In this document: piece by piece, positions 37,971-48,443 of the stretch
Position numbering within the stretch: position 1 is the first letter of the stretch
Layout: the number at the start of each line of letters is the position of its first letter
Notes under the pieces: model-generated
Told to the model about the DNA's origin: nothing
Databases searched by the model: none
The model's input: only the letters and a program-made list of their open reading frames with translations
Source: Candidatus Bathyarchaeota archaeon
Lineage (GTDB): Archaea > Thermoproteota > Bathyarchaeia > Bathyarchaeales > Bathycorpusculaceae
DNA length: 64,000 bases
Direction of reading: 5' to 3'
Assembly: GCA_963782525.1 (NCBI GenBank)
Contig: CAWAKC010000001.1
Coordinates: forward strand, 224,001 to 288,000
Made by a program: the position numbers and the translations under genes

Positions 37971-38999
37971 TTAGCCGAACCATTTTTCCAGCGAAACTTT
38001 CCCCTTCTGCTTCTTGCTTCCTGCAGTCATCCGCTCGATGGATTTTTTGATGCGTTCCTCGCCGAACTCTTTTTCACGGCACATAAAATCGATTAAACCA
38101 TTCTCATCGGGTTCTTTCCATTCTATCTTGTAGTTGTCGACAACTTTTGGGTGCAGGAAGATTTGCTGTATTTCTTCTATTTTGTCAGCAAAATCCACGT
38201 TTTCTATATGTGGCAAAGCATTCTTCAAAGTTCCGTATTGCTTTATAAGTTTTAACGCTGTTTTTGGACCTACCCCTTTTACACCGTCAGGGTTAAAGTC
38301 AGTGCCAATCAAGATGCCAACGTCAATCAGCTGCTCACGTGTCAAACCACATTCATGAAGCGTTTTAGGTAACTCAACTATTTCAGGCACCACTTCAATC
38401 GTGACTTTTCCTCTTTTTCTTCTTCCAGAAATGGTCACGTTTCTAAGCAGCTTGCACGCGCCGAAAAGTAGGCTATCGTAGTCTTGGCTTGCGCAGTAGT
38501 CTGCGTCGCCCTTTATGTTCATGTGCGCTGCTTGAGCTTCACCTTCACTCGGTGCCTGAACCCACGGCAACCCCATAAGCTCCAAGAGTTTCTGGCTATC
38601 ACCCAACATGTAGTCTTTCATGCTTGTTGACGCCTGAGCGTACATGCGCATTTTTTCTGTGTCGCCTTTTGACGCTGCTTTCTCGTAGCTGGCGACTGCT
38701 ACAACTTTTACTTGTCTGCGGCGCTCGATTTCAGAGGCTTTCAACGCAGGTGATTCCCCGTCAAAAACGTAAACTGGCTTAATCCCCATTTCAATTAGGT
38801 TGCTTGTGCGATAAAAGAGTCCGCTAAGGTGGCTTGTTATTTTTCCTGTGCTGTCTCTGAGGGGTGTGCCGTCAGGTTGGCGGATAATGCTGAGGAACTG
38901 GTAGATGGCGTTGTAAGCGTCGATGGCGATGACTTTTCCGCCTAAATCCTCGAGTTTAACAGGAGTTTTTGGTATAAGATCTTTGAAGTTTACGCCCAA
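37971..38999 (-). CDS. fen: flap endonuclease 1
   Basis: IDAYNAIYQFL, PSEGEAQAA, SQDYDSLLFG, GTDFN and a C-terminal PIP-like SLEKWF; TTG start at 38999. Confidence 0.96.
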   Translation of the reverse strand: MGVNFKDLIPKTPVKLEDLGGKVIAIDAYNAIYQFLSIIRQPDGTPLRDSTGKITSHLSGLFYRTSNLIEMGIKPVYVFDGESPALKASEIERRRQVKVVAVASYEKAASKGDTEKMRMYAQASTSMKDYMLGDSQKLLELMGLPWVQAPSEGEAQAAHMNIKGDADYCASQDYDSLLFGACKLLRNVTISGRRKRGKVTIEVVPEIVELPKTLHECGLTREQLIDVGILIGTDFNPDGVKGVGPKTALKLIKQYGTLKNALPHIENVDFADKIEEIQQIFLHPKVVDNYKIEWKEPDENGLIDFMCREKEFGEERIKKSIERMTAGSKKQKGKVSLEKWFG

Positions 39000-39147
39000 A
39001 ACGATTCCACACGTAAAGATAGGCAAGAATCCAACTTAATAAATTTACGAAGAGACTAAAATTTCAGTATATTCGGGGCCTATATCAACATTGCAGAAAG
39101 CTGTATTGGCGTAGGTCGTAATGGCGCTTTTTCAAGCCAATAGCATG

Positions 39148-39408
39148 TCAAGGTTTTAAACCGTTTATGGAACGAAGTGTTTTCTCGGCGGTGGATGCGC
39201 TGAAGAGTAAGTCGTCAATAGTAGCGGTGAAAGTGGCAAGTTTGCCTTCGCATTCAATGTGAGTTACTACTTTGTTGTTTTCCCGCTCAGTTTTAACATT
39301 TAAGCCAACGGGGGTTTTGAAGTTGTCCGGCGAAACCGCTTCTGCAACGGCTTTGGCGGTTTTCTGGTCTTTATACTCAAGCGTGACTGTTGCTTCCAAG
39401 CTTCTCAC
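39148..39408 (-). CDS. pcc1: KEOPS complex subunit Pcc1
   Basis: AVAEAVSPDN...TFTATIDDLL pattern; typical position after the DHH gene. Confidence 0.8.
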   Translation of the reverse strand: MRSLEATVTLEYKDQKTAKAVAEAVSPDNFKTPVGLNVKTERENNKVVTHIECEGKLATFTATIDDLLFSASTAEKTLRSINGLKP

Positions 39409-40849
39409 CCTTCAATTGCCGCCCAACCAACGCGTCAGCTGTTTTGATGAAAGAATCAAGCTTATCCAAGGGCACTTGTGCGCCTGCAGCAATGTTGTGC
39501 CCTCCACCTTTGCCGCCGTTTGCTTCCGAAGCTAACCGCATTACGTCACCGAGGTTGACGCCTTTTCGCAGTGCCGCCTCTGTAGTTCTTCCTGAGAATT
39601 TTGCGGCTTTTTCTGCGTCGATGTTGGCGAACGCTAAGAGCGGCTTTTGGTTGTTTGCTAGGCTCGCAACGATTATGGAGGAGACTGTGCCGATGATTTT
39701 TTCGTTGATAAAGTTTTCGCCGTAGATGACATAGATGTTTTGGAGTTCACGCATTCGTTCGGGTTTTTCAGCTACCCAACCGAGGTATTTATTGATGTTT
39801 TTGCGGTAGTCTTCGAGGATTTTGTTGGATTCTTCCAAGGCGGCTTTGCGGTCACCCATACAGATGGCGATGCCAAGGCTCGGACGGTCCATGCGTCCCG
39901 CTGAATTCAAAACCACAGCGAATTCTCGACCGTCCCGAAGAGCCGTGTTTGGCTCCTCTTTAGTTAAAACGTAAACATAACCAATTATGTCCTCGACTGC
40001 TAAATGTAGTCCCTTAGACATCAGATAATCTGCTAAACCGGAGCAAAGACGCGTTTTCTCTTCAGGGGTTAGGTCACTGAGACTTCGAGGTTTGTCTCCT
40101 TGTTTGGTCGGAATTTTCAATGTATCCTCAAGAAAATTAATCGTTTGAGTTTCTTGACCGCTTAATCCCGGAATAAACGGGTTAGTTGTGGTTACAATCA
40201 TCTTGTAGAGCGGTCTTGTTTCTCGGCCAAAGAACATCAAGTCTTTTTCAACTTTGAGCAGACCAGTGGCTACCGCATCTTTTACGATTATTTCGTTTAG
40301 GCTTCGCATGCTACGTTGTTCATACTTATCTTGCATATCACCCAACGCGCCGACCAAAGCTATGGGCGCCAAATCAATATTTGTAGCGTTCACTGCTTTG
40401 GCCGCAAAATACGCCACACCTGAACCGCTAACATCCGTCGCCCCATCAATACCAAACAAGTGCGGATTCACTTGGGTGATGTTTGAGTTTGCGACTTTGC
40501 TATTTACTTGGTGATGATCAAGGATTACAACTTTGAAGTTTGGGATTTTCTCGTTGAGTAGGTCGAGGTAGCCGCTTCCAAAATCGGTTAGAATTATGAG
40601 CTGAGGTTTGTCAGCGATGACTTCGCCGATGATTTTATCATCAACCCACTGCATCACACGTATGCGGAAACGGGCGTCGAGTCGACTAAGCATTTTGCCC
40701 ATGACGCCTGCGGCAGCTACACCGTCGGCATCCAAATGCGAAAAAACCAAGATAAAACCGTCTTTCTTGACAGTTTCCAAAATTACTTTTGCTGCTTCGC
40801 TTGCAGCCGCTAAGAAGCCTTCGATATTTTGCTGTTGCAATGTCGCCAT
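39377..40849 (-). CDS. DHH/DHHA1 phosphoesterase (archaeal RecJ/Cdc45-like)
   Basis: HLDADG, TDFG, LDHH, GDMQD, GGGHNIAAG motifs. Confidence 0.92.
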   Translation of the reverse strand: MATLQQQNIEGFLAAASEAAKVILETVKKDGFILVFSHLDADGVAAAGVMGKMLSRLDARFRIRVMQWVDDKIIGEVIADKPQLIILTDFGSGYLDLLNEKIPNFKVVILDHHQVNSKVANSNITQVNPHLFGIDGATDVSGSGVAYFAAKAVNATNIDLAPIALVGALGDMQDKYEQRSMRSLNEIIVKDAVATGLLKVEKDLMFFGRETRPLYKMIVTTTNPFIPGLSGQETQTINFLEDTLKIPTKQGDKPRSLSDLTPEEKTRLCSGLADYLMSKGLHLAVEDIIGYVYVLTKEEPNTALRDGREFAVVLNSAGRMDRPSLGIAICMGDRKAALEESNKILEDYRKNINKYLGWVAEKPERMRELQNIYVIYGENFINEKIIGTVSSIIVASLANNQKPLLAFANIDAEKAAKFSGRTTEAALRKGVNLGDVMRLASEANGGKGGGHNIAAGAQVPLDKLDSFIKTADALVGRQLKGEKLGSNSHA

Positions 40850-40943
40850 GCCCAGTCACTTTCTTTTGGGCTAAAAGGGGATGATTGGATTTAAAGCTGG
40901 CGCATCAAGAACCAATAAAAAGTAAAATTAAAAGAAGAAAAGT

Positions 40944-41384
40944 TTAGGTTACGGAAGCGATTTTTGGCACATACTTCCAGTTCTGTGCGATAACGCCTTC
41001 ACGTTTGTAGTAGCGACTAAGTTTGTGGATTTGGGCTTCAATGATTTGCATGTTGCGTTTGTTGTGAAGGTCTTTCTTGTTCTTGTCCATGTGGACGGCG
41101 AGGCTTTGTGCTTTTTTCATGAGGTTGGATAGGTCTTCAGGCATTGTTGGAGCTAAGTTTGCGGCTTTTAATGTGTCGCTTATGCTCTTGCCTGTGATGG
41201 GTTTTACGAGTGGAATTGCGTATTGGTCACGTAGGATTGTGCCTATGCTGCTGAGTGAGTGGCCTTCTTTAGCCAGTTTAATTATGAATGATTCTACTTC
41301 TTCAGGCTGATATTTGCACCAGCTTGGAGGACGCCTGCTGACAGGACGCATCGAATGGGATTTCCCTTTTTCTTGCTTTGGCAT
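40944..41384 (-). CDS. rps15: 30S ribosomal protein S15 (uS15/S13e)
   Basis: GKSHSMRP, IGTILRDQY, PEDL, KDLHNKR, YYK motifs. Confidence 0.95.
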   Translation of the reverse strand: MPKQEKGKSHSMRPVSRRPPSWCKYQPEEVESFIIKLAKEGHSLSSIGTILRDQYAIPLVKPITGKSISDTLKAANLAPTMPEDLSNLMKKAQSLAVHMDKNKKDLHNKRNMQIIEAQIHKLSRYYKREGVIAQNWKYVPKIASVT

Positions 41385-41474
41385 TGTTACACCTTAAACT
41401 GCACCCTTATCCACACCCAACGAATATTTAAAAGTAATCCCTTTAACAAGAAAAACAGAAAAAATGTTTATTTT

Positions 41475-41984
41475 TTATTCGTGGGGTCTTCGAGATCTTC
41501 CAGCGAGATAGACAAGGAACCGTACAATAAGGGATAAGCCAATTAGCATGATTATTGCTGACCAGAACTGGAACCATCCATTAAGAGTTCCCGCTAAGAG
41601 AAAAATGTTTGCTACAAATGCGGCGCCTAGCCAGAAAACTAAGTCGCCAACGTTTTGACCTATCCGCCTGACCCGTGAGTGCAACGCTAATCTAAGCGCT
41701 AAGATGACGATTTGTAATAATCCGACGCCTAAGAGGAAATTTATCACGGCAGAATAGAAAGCCATGTGGTCAGCAGGGTGCGCTGGAGCTGGCAAAGTGA
41801 GATTACTTGTGCTGCCAAGGTGGTACGTCGTTGTGGTTATGTCGGAAAAGAAGTTGTTTGTTCCTTGGTAAATACCGGGTGTTAGGGCAAAAACTGATCC
41901 CAGAATTATTAAGAATCCACCTACTGCTAAGGCAGTGATTAAGCCCTCGTGAAGATCCCTGTCTCTTATGGCATTTCCAATCAA
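41475..41984 (-). CDS. hypothetical membrane protein (about 4 TM helices)
   Basis: Four hydrophobic segments. Confidence 0.75.
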   Translation of the reverse strand: MIGNAIRDRDLHEGLITALAVGGFLIILGSVFALTPGIYQGTNNFFSDITTTTYHLGSTSNLTLPAPAHPADHMAFYSAVINFLLGVGLLQIVILALRLALHSRVRRIGQNVGDLVFWLGAAFVANIFLLAGTLNGWFQFWSAIIMLIGLSLIVRFLVYLAGRSRRPHE

Positions 41985-42059
41985 GTTAAACCCTCTTTTT
42001 GATAATTCTCCTATTGGAAGGATATCAATATAACACTTTGTTTCGAGTCTGCTTGGGTT

Positions 42060-42680
42060 TTAGATTTGCTGTTTTCTGTACCATTCAGCGAACCTGTGAA
42101 TTGCCATCGCCCTGTGTGAATAGCCATTCTTCTCGTCGATGGTCATTTCCGCAAAGGTTTTTTTGCTTGCGTTGGGCTGGAAGATGGGGTCAAATCCAAA
42201 GCCTGATTTTCCCTGTTCTTTGCGTTCGATTGGAGTTATTTCCCCTTGGACCTCACCCTCAAAACAACTTGGCTCGCAGATGGTTTGGTCGTCGCAATAT
42301 GCTATAACAGATTGAAACTTTGCTTTTCTCTCAGGTATGTTTTCCATGAGTTTCAGGATACCGATGTTGTGGATAGTTTTGTAAACGTAGGCAGCGTATG
42401 GACCGGGAAAACCTTCCAACGCATCTATGAATAAGCCTGCGTCCTCCACAAAGATGGGCAGGCGACACCGTTTGTAGGCGTAGACAACGCTGGTTTGAGC
42501 TATGTCTTTTAAGCTATCGCTCTGTATCTCATCGCCCTTAAGCCTCAGCATACCAACTGCGATGCCGAATTGCCCCAAAATATGACGAGCTTCATTAAAC
42601 TTGTTGATGTTACCCGTTGCAAAAAAGACAACTTTGCTTTTCGGGATTTCACAGTAATCATTGTTTTCGTTCTTCGACAT
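42060..42680 (-). CDS. rdgB: XTP/dITP diphosphatase (Ham1 family)
   Basis: ATGNINK, EDAGL, GFPGPY, GFGFDPIF, SHR motifs. Confidence 0.94.
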   Translation of the reverse strand: MSKNENNDYCEIPKSKVVFFATGNINKFNEARHILGQFGIAVGMLRLKGDEIQSDSLKDIAQTSVVYAYKRCRLPIFVEDAGLFIDALEGFPGPYAAYVYKTIHNIGILKLMENIPERKAKFQSVIAYCDDQTICEPSCFEGEVQGEITPIERKEQGKSGFGFDPIFQPNASKKTFAEMTIDEKNGYSHRAMAIHRFAEWYRKQQI

Positions 42681-43313
42681 AGCGTCCACGCCTCTCTATC
42701 TCCCTAATTTTCTCATAAACCTTCTCCGCCGCTTCTACACCCAGGATGGAAGTGTAACCGCAAAGAACACTTTGAAGGCATTCTTCCCAGAATGGATAAT
42801 GGGTGCTTTGCAGAGCGCGCTTAAGTAAATGTAAATCTACTCCTTGAGCTTCGAGTTCGCCGTTTTTTTCTCCCAAGCCAAAATCAACAAAGAAGAGCTT
42901 GCCTTGGGGGTTTAGGATCAGGTTGGAGGTTGTCAGGTCGCCGTGGATTAAGCCATGGCTGTGTAGTTGAGCGGTGGATTCGCCGATTTTGACGCATATT
43001 TCATGTCGGTGGGCTTTGGAAGCTTTGTTTAAGAGCTGTTTAACCTGTTGCCCCTCAATGTACTCCATTATTATCGTAGATTGTGGAACATTTACCATGT
43101 AGATAAGCGGCGTTGATACACCTGCAGTTTTCGCTTCATGCATCAACTGTGGCTCATGCACAGTTCGGTAACTCCTAATCTGCAGATCCAACTCGGCCGG
43201 GCGATATTTTTTTGGGATTCTCACTTTGATGATTACTTTTCGTTCATGCCAATCCGCAAGGAAGAGACTGGCTTCGGCACCTTTTTTGATCAGTTTGGCG
43301 CTGTCTATTTTGT

Positions 43314-43326
<13 letters not shown>
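42658..43326 (-). CDS. bud32: KEOPS kinase Bud32
   Basis: KGAEA, HGDLTTSN, DFGL, VDLHLL, RGRY motifs. Confidence 0.94.
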
Positions 43327-44356
<1,030 letters not shown>

Positions 44357-44426
44357 TTAATCAGGGATAGATATTTTTATGTGAATCCAACGCTTATATT
44401 ACTGTATTATTTCCGGATTGATTTAG

Positions 44427-44876
44427 ATGCCTAAGCGTAATGACCTTGAACAGAAAGCACTCCACTATGTTGTCGGTACAGGCTATCAGGGTGTGCTGCA
44501 ATCAGATTTATGGCGTGAACTCGGCGCAAGCAGCCGCGAAGGCTCACGCGTTTCAATTAAGTTGGAAGAGAAGGGGCTTATTCGTAGAGAAAAAGAACTT
44601 CAAGAAGGCAGATGGACATATAGGCTCTACCCCAAAAGGTTGCCTGCATCTATAGAAACCATCGTGGATTGCCCATGCCTACTTTGCCCAGACAATGCAC
44701 GTTGCGACCCCACAACCGCCCTTACCCCGAAAAGTTGTCCCAAACTGACCGATTGGATTCTTAACTTAGGAAAACCGCCAGCACCCGCTGCGACAAATCC
44801 TGAAGGTCCAAGCGTACTAGCAGAGCCGAACATGCCAAAGGATGAGGATTCCGTTGCCGAAAGCTTGGATACGTGA
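44427..44876 (+). CDS. TFE beta subunit / Rpc34-like protein (wHTH plus Cys4 Fe-S domain)
   Basis: wHTH (GVLQSDLWRELG...KLEEKGLIRR) followed by PCLLC-x5-C...TPKSCPKLTDW. Confidence 0.75.
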   Translation: MPKRNDLEQKALHYVVGTGYQGVLQSDLWRELGASSREGSRVSIKLEEKGLIRREKELQEGRWTYRLYPKRLPASIETIVDCPCLLCPDNARCDPTTALTPKSCPKLTDWILNLGKPPAPAATNPEGPSVLAEPNMPKDEDSVAESLDT

Positions 44877-45486
44877 AAGAAAAAACGAATATTATTATAA
44901 AAAAGCCAAAGAAGAAAACTACCGCAGCAGATCCACATACAAGCTAATTCAAGCAAACGAAAAATACGGATTCATCAGATTACGCGACATAGTTGTTGAT
45001 TTAGGCGCTGCACCAGGCGGCTGGATTCAAGCAGCCCGAAAAATGACTGGCAAACACGGCTTCGTCTTAGGCGTTGACTTAAAACCCATCGAACCTTTCA
45101 CCCAAGAATACGTCCGAACGATTATCGCTGACTTCACTGAACCCGGAACAATTGATTTAATCCTATCTTTTCTGCCACGCAAAGCAGACGCAGTTCTCTG
45201 TGACGCAGCGCCAAACGTAACTGGCGTTTGGGAAGTTGACCACGCAAGACAAATCGATTTAGCCGAAAAAGCCCTAGAAATAGCTCAGTGTCTGCTGCGA
45301 CCCAACGGAAACTTTTTCGTCAAAGTCTTCGAGGGCGACTTGCTCAACGATTTCATAGAATCAGTGAAGCCCCTTTTTGAAGAGGTAAAACTGGTTAAAC
45401 CTCAAGCTAGCCGGCAGAAAAGCTCCGAAATGTACGTCTTAGCGTTGGGGTTAAAGACAGCGCGTCCAAGTGTTGAGGAAAACTAA
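44842..45486 (+). CDS. rlmE: 23S rRNA 2'-O-methyltransferase RlmE/FtsJ (alternative start TTG 44854)
   Basis: YRSRSTYKL, DLGAAPGGW, KVFEG, KPQASR..SSEMY motifs. Confidence 0.93.
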   Translation: MRIPLPKAWIRERKNEYYYKKAKEENYRSRSTYKLIQANEKYGFIRLRDIVVDLGAAPGGWIQAARKMTGKHGFVLGVDLKPIEPFTQEYVRTIIADFTEPGTIDLILSFLPRKADAVLCDAAPNVTGVWEVDHARQIDLAEKALEIAQCLLRPNGNFFVKVFEGDLLNDFIESVKPLFEEVKLVKPQASRQKSSEMYVLALGLKTARPSVEEN

Positions 45487-45525
45487 TTTTCCTTATTTTA
45501 TTAATCATAGTTTAGGTGCAAAAAC

Positions 45526-46221
45526 TTGAAAATAATTTCCGCAGATTCTGCCGCAGCAATCCTCGATGAACAGTTTAACCCAATCCTGCATGTTGCGTCC
45601 GTCGCGGTGCTTGTTGACCCTCCTTATAGGGAGCCATCTTTTCGGTTGGTGGAAGCGATTTTCAAAGAAGTCGAATCGGGGTTTGATGTGATTGTGCATG
45701 AAGCTGAGCTCTGCCGAAACCTCCTCGATACGATGAAGGCCGATGTCGTGCATTTGGACATGTCTTTGGGCGGGATCTCTATTGAGGAGTTATCTCCAGT
45801 TGAACTTACGAATCTGAGGGCTTCACCAAGAGGAAGACAGAACATTCTTAAGATTTTGCCAAGACTCAGAAAAATAGCCTGTGAAATTAAAAGGCTTCAC
45901 GGTATAGACATGTTGGCGATTGGCAAGGAAAGCGTGCCTGTGCGGATTGCGGAGTTGACGGCTGGCGCAGAAGCAATTCTGTTTGCTGCCCAAAGGGCTG
46001 TGGATGAAAAAGAAAGCGTTATGTTGGGGTTACCGCACATGTGCCGGCCCAGAGTTTTGGATAACCGAGTTTATCTTCATTCGCTCACTGCAAACGAACA
46101 TGACGTGCGGGGATTCAGAGTGGATACGCAAAGTGTTCTAACAAAGGTTAAATTATCAGAAACGTTAAACCCTATTGCAAGAGGTTTCCGAGCGCTAAAC
46201 ATAACGCCACTAAAGAAGTAA
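45526..46221 (+). CDS. DUF4152-like hypothetical protein
   Basis: IISADS, LVDPPYR, HLDMSLGG, GKESVPVRIAEL pattern. Confidence 0.7.
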   Translation: MKIISADSAAAILDEQFNPILHVASVAVLVDPPYREPSFRLVEAIFKEVESGFDVIVHEAELCRNLLDTMKADVVHLDMSLGGISIEELSPVELTNLRASPRGRQNILKILPRLRKIACEIKRLHGIDMLAIGKESVPVRIAELTAGAEAILFAAQRAVDEKESVMLGLPHMCRPRVLDNRVYLHSLTANEHDVRGFRVDTQSVLTKVKLSETLNPIARGFRALNITPLKK

Positions 46222-46233
46222 GAGGTTTATTGT

Positions 46234-46821
46234 TTGAAACTTGATTTTTCTTTTTGGACGAATGCCACCCCCCGGCGAAAACGCATTTACTCGATAGCAG
46301 CAATATTCATCGTTGCGTTCCTGGTTACGGTCGTCGGCAGTTTTTTACCCCTCAGCGCCTCAGATGCCACCACAATTAGCCAGAACCTGAACAGCACTTT
46401 AAACCAGAACAAAGCAAACAACACTCTAACACAATACATTTTCGTAAATAACTTTTCAATCTGCCTAGCAATGTTCATTCCTTTAGCTGGAGCCGCCTTA
46501 GGAATGTTCATCCTATTTGACACAGGCATTGCTCTTGGCGCTATTGCTACAACCCAGCACTACCCAGTCTGGGTAGGGTTAGCGAGCTTAGTGATTACGC
46601 CAGTTTTCTGGTTAGAATTCATTTCTTACTCGATTGCGATGGCGGAAAGCATTTGGCTGATTAGAAGAGTAATTCAAGCAATAAATTCAAAGGAACCGGG
46701 GCGAGGACGAATAATCCTTTGGCGCGAACTAAAATGGGCACTTATATTCATCGCATCTTGTGCAGGATTACTTGCCATAGGCGCCGTAGTCGAGGTATGG
46801 CTCATCACCGTTTTAGGCTAA
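46234..46821 (+). CDS. SpoIIM (DUF95)-like membrane protein
   Basis: IFVNN, PVFWLEF, LLAIGAVVE motifs and several TM helices. Confidence 0.75.
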   Translation: MKLDFSFWTNATPRRKRIYSIAAIFIVAFLVTVVGSFLPLSASDATTISQNLNSTLNQNKANNTLTQYIFVNNFSICLAMFIPLAGAALGMFILFDTGIALGAIATTQHYPVWVGLASLVITPVFWLEFISYSIAMAESIWLIRRVIQAINSKEPGRGRIILWRELKWALIFIASCAGLLAIGAVVEVWLITVLG

Positions 46822-46834
46822 AGAAACCTCACGG

Positions 46835-47407
46835 TTAAAGATGCTGGTTAATCAGTTTGGCAAAGTCTATGACTGTTAAGTCGCAGTTGCATTTGGGACA
46901 GGTCTTTAGAGATTCATGTTTTGCGCCGACCTTCAACTTTTCGCCGCAATGGCAGCAGTAGTAGGTTAATGCTTGGCCTCTTTCCGATAATTGCTCAACA
47001 AGCTCATTAACGTTGTATTTGGGAGGCGGCACCTTCTCTGCTTTCGTGCGCATTTCTTCAGCTTTGCCTTTCATGCCAAGATTTTCATATTCTTTGGCGG
47101 CATTCTCAAAGCGCCCAGTTATTTCGAATTTTTTGATTCGTGCCTTAGCGATGGCTTCGGGGTCTTTGCTTGTGGTAAAGTAACCGCAAGTTGCGCTTTT
47201 AACGTAGGGTTCTTCTAGTTCACTGCTGAAGAGTTCACAGTTACTAACGTTGAAAAAGACGCAGGCCAAGCAACTGTTTTTTCTGTAGGCTTCGTCGAGT
47301 TTCTTGTAGCAGGGCGGACAAACCTCAACTTGTTTTCCGTCACTAACAGAGTATAATGGGATACCTCTGAAGGTTGCACCGCAAACTTGGCAAACAGACT
47401 TTGTCAT
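46835..47407 (-). CDS. Cys-rich multi-zinc-finger hypothetical protein
   Basis: CQVC, CPPC, CLAC-x5-C, CCHC, CPKC motifs. Confidence 0.75.
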   Translation of the reverse strand: MTKSVCQVCGATFRGIPLYSVSDGKQVEVCPPCYKKLDEAYRKNSCLACVFFNVSNCELFSSELEEPYVKSATCGYFTTSKDPEAIAKARIKKFEITGRFENAAKEYENLGMKGKAEEMRTKAEKVPPPKYNVNELVEQLSERGQALTYYCCHCGEKLKVGAKHESLKTCPKCNCDLTVIDFAKLINQHL

Positions 47408-47492
47408 TTAAATCAGAAATGATTGGCATATACTTTCATATTTGTGTTTGCCAAAAAACGAACCGTTTTTAAGGAAATCTATGTTTTGAAGC

Positions 47493-48347
47493 CTAAGACT
47501 TTCTAATTTCTAGGCTAATGTCCAATGCTTTAACGCTGTGGGTCAATTCGCCCAAACTGATGATGTCAACTTGTGCATCAACATACTCAAGGAGGTTTTC
47601 GCCAGTTATTCCACCACTTACTTCAAGCAACACCCTGCTAAACCCAGCAACTCTTAGCGCTTTCCCTGCTGCTTTGGCGTGTTTGGGAGAAAAATTGTCC
47701 AACATAACGATGTCTGCACCAGCTTTGGCTGCCTTCAAAGCATCCTCAAGGTTGGTTACTTCGATTTCGATTTTTTTGGAAAAAGAGGCTTTAGCCTTAG
47801 CCCTTTTTACAGCCTCTTCAACATCACCAATTATGACAAGATGATTATCCTTGATGAGAACCATGTCATCTAAATGCAGTCTATGAGGGTCGCCGCCGCC
47901 AATGACCACGGCTTTTTTGTCAAAGTAGAGTAATCCCGGCGCTGATTTGCGTGTCGCCGCAATTTTGGTTTTCATCTTTGCCTCCTCAAGCTTCTCGGTT
48001 AACAATCGGGTTTTTGTTGCGATGCCGCTCATCCGTGAGAGCAGATTTAGCATAGTTCGCTCGACTGAAAGAATAGTTTGTGCGTCCCCTGAAATTTGGA
48101 GCAATACTTGCTTGTTTTTGATTTTTTCGCCATCAACAACTTTGGCTTCAATTTTTAATCCCAAGTACTCAGCTAGAAAGATTGCTTCCTCTATTCCTGC
48201 GACAACTCCATCTTCCTTTGCCATGACCTCTGCCTTAACTTTTAAACTCGCTGGAATAACTGTTGCCGCTGTTACATCGCCCTGTCCAATGTCGTCGGCG
48301 AGAAATTGCATTAGCTTTTCCTCCACAATTTTTCTGGGAACAAACAT
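47493..48347 (-). CDS. nadC: nicotinate-nucleotide diphosphorylase (carboxylating)
   Basis: ERTMLN, TRK, HR, LIKDNH, EIEV, MLDN, SGGI motifs. Confidence 0.95.
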   Translation of the reverse strand: MFVPRKIVEEKLMQFLADDIGQGDVTAATVIPASLKVKAEVMAKEDGVVAGIEEAIFLAEYLGLKIEAKVVDGEKIKNKQVLLQISGDAQTILSVERTMLNLLSRMSGIATKTRLLTEKLEEAKMKTKIAATRKSAPGLLYFDKKAVVIGGGDPHRLHLDDMVLIKDNHLVIIGDVEEAVKRAKAKASFSKKIEIEVTNLEDALKAAKAGADIVMLDNFSPKHAKAAGKALRVAGFSRVLLEVSGGITGENLLEYVDAQVDIISLGELTHSVKALDISLEIRKS

Positions 48348-48443
48348 ACTTTCTACTTCTCACGTTACTCTTAAAATGCTTGCCTTTCCTTGGTTGAACC
48401 AAGCTATAGTTAAAATATAATCTTGTACTAATCTGTATGTTGC

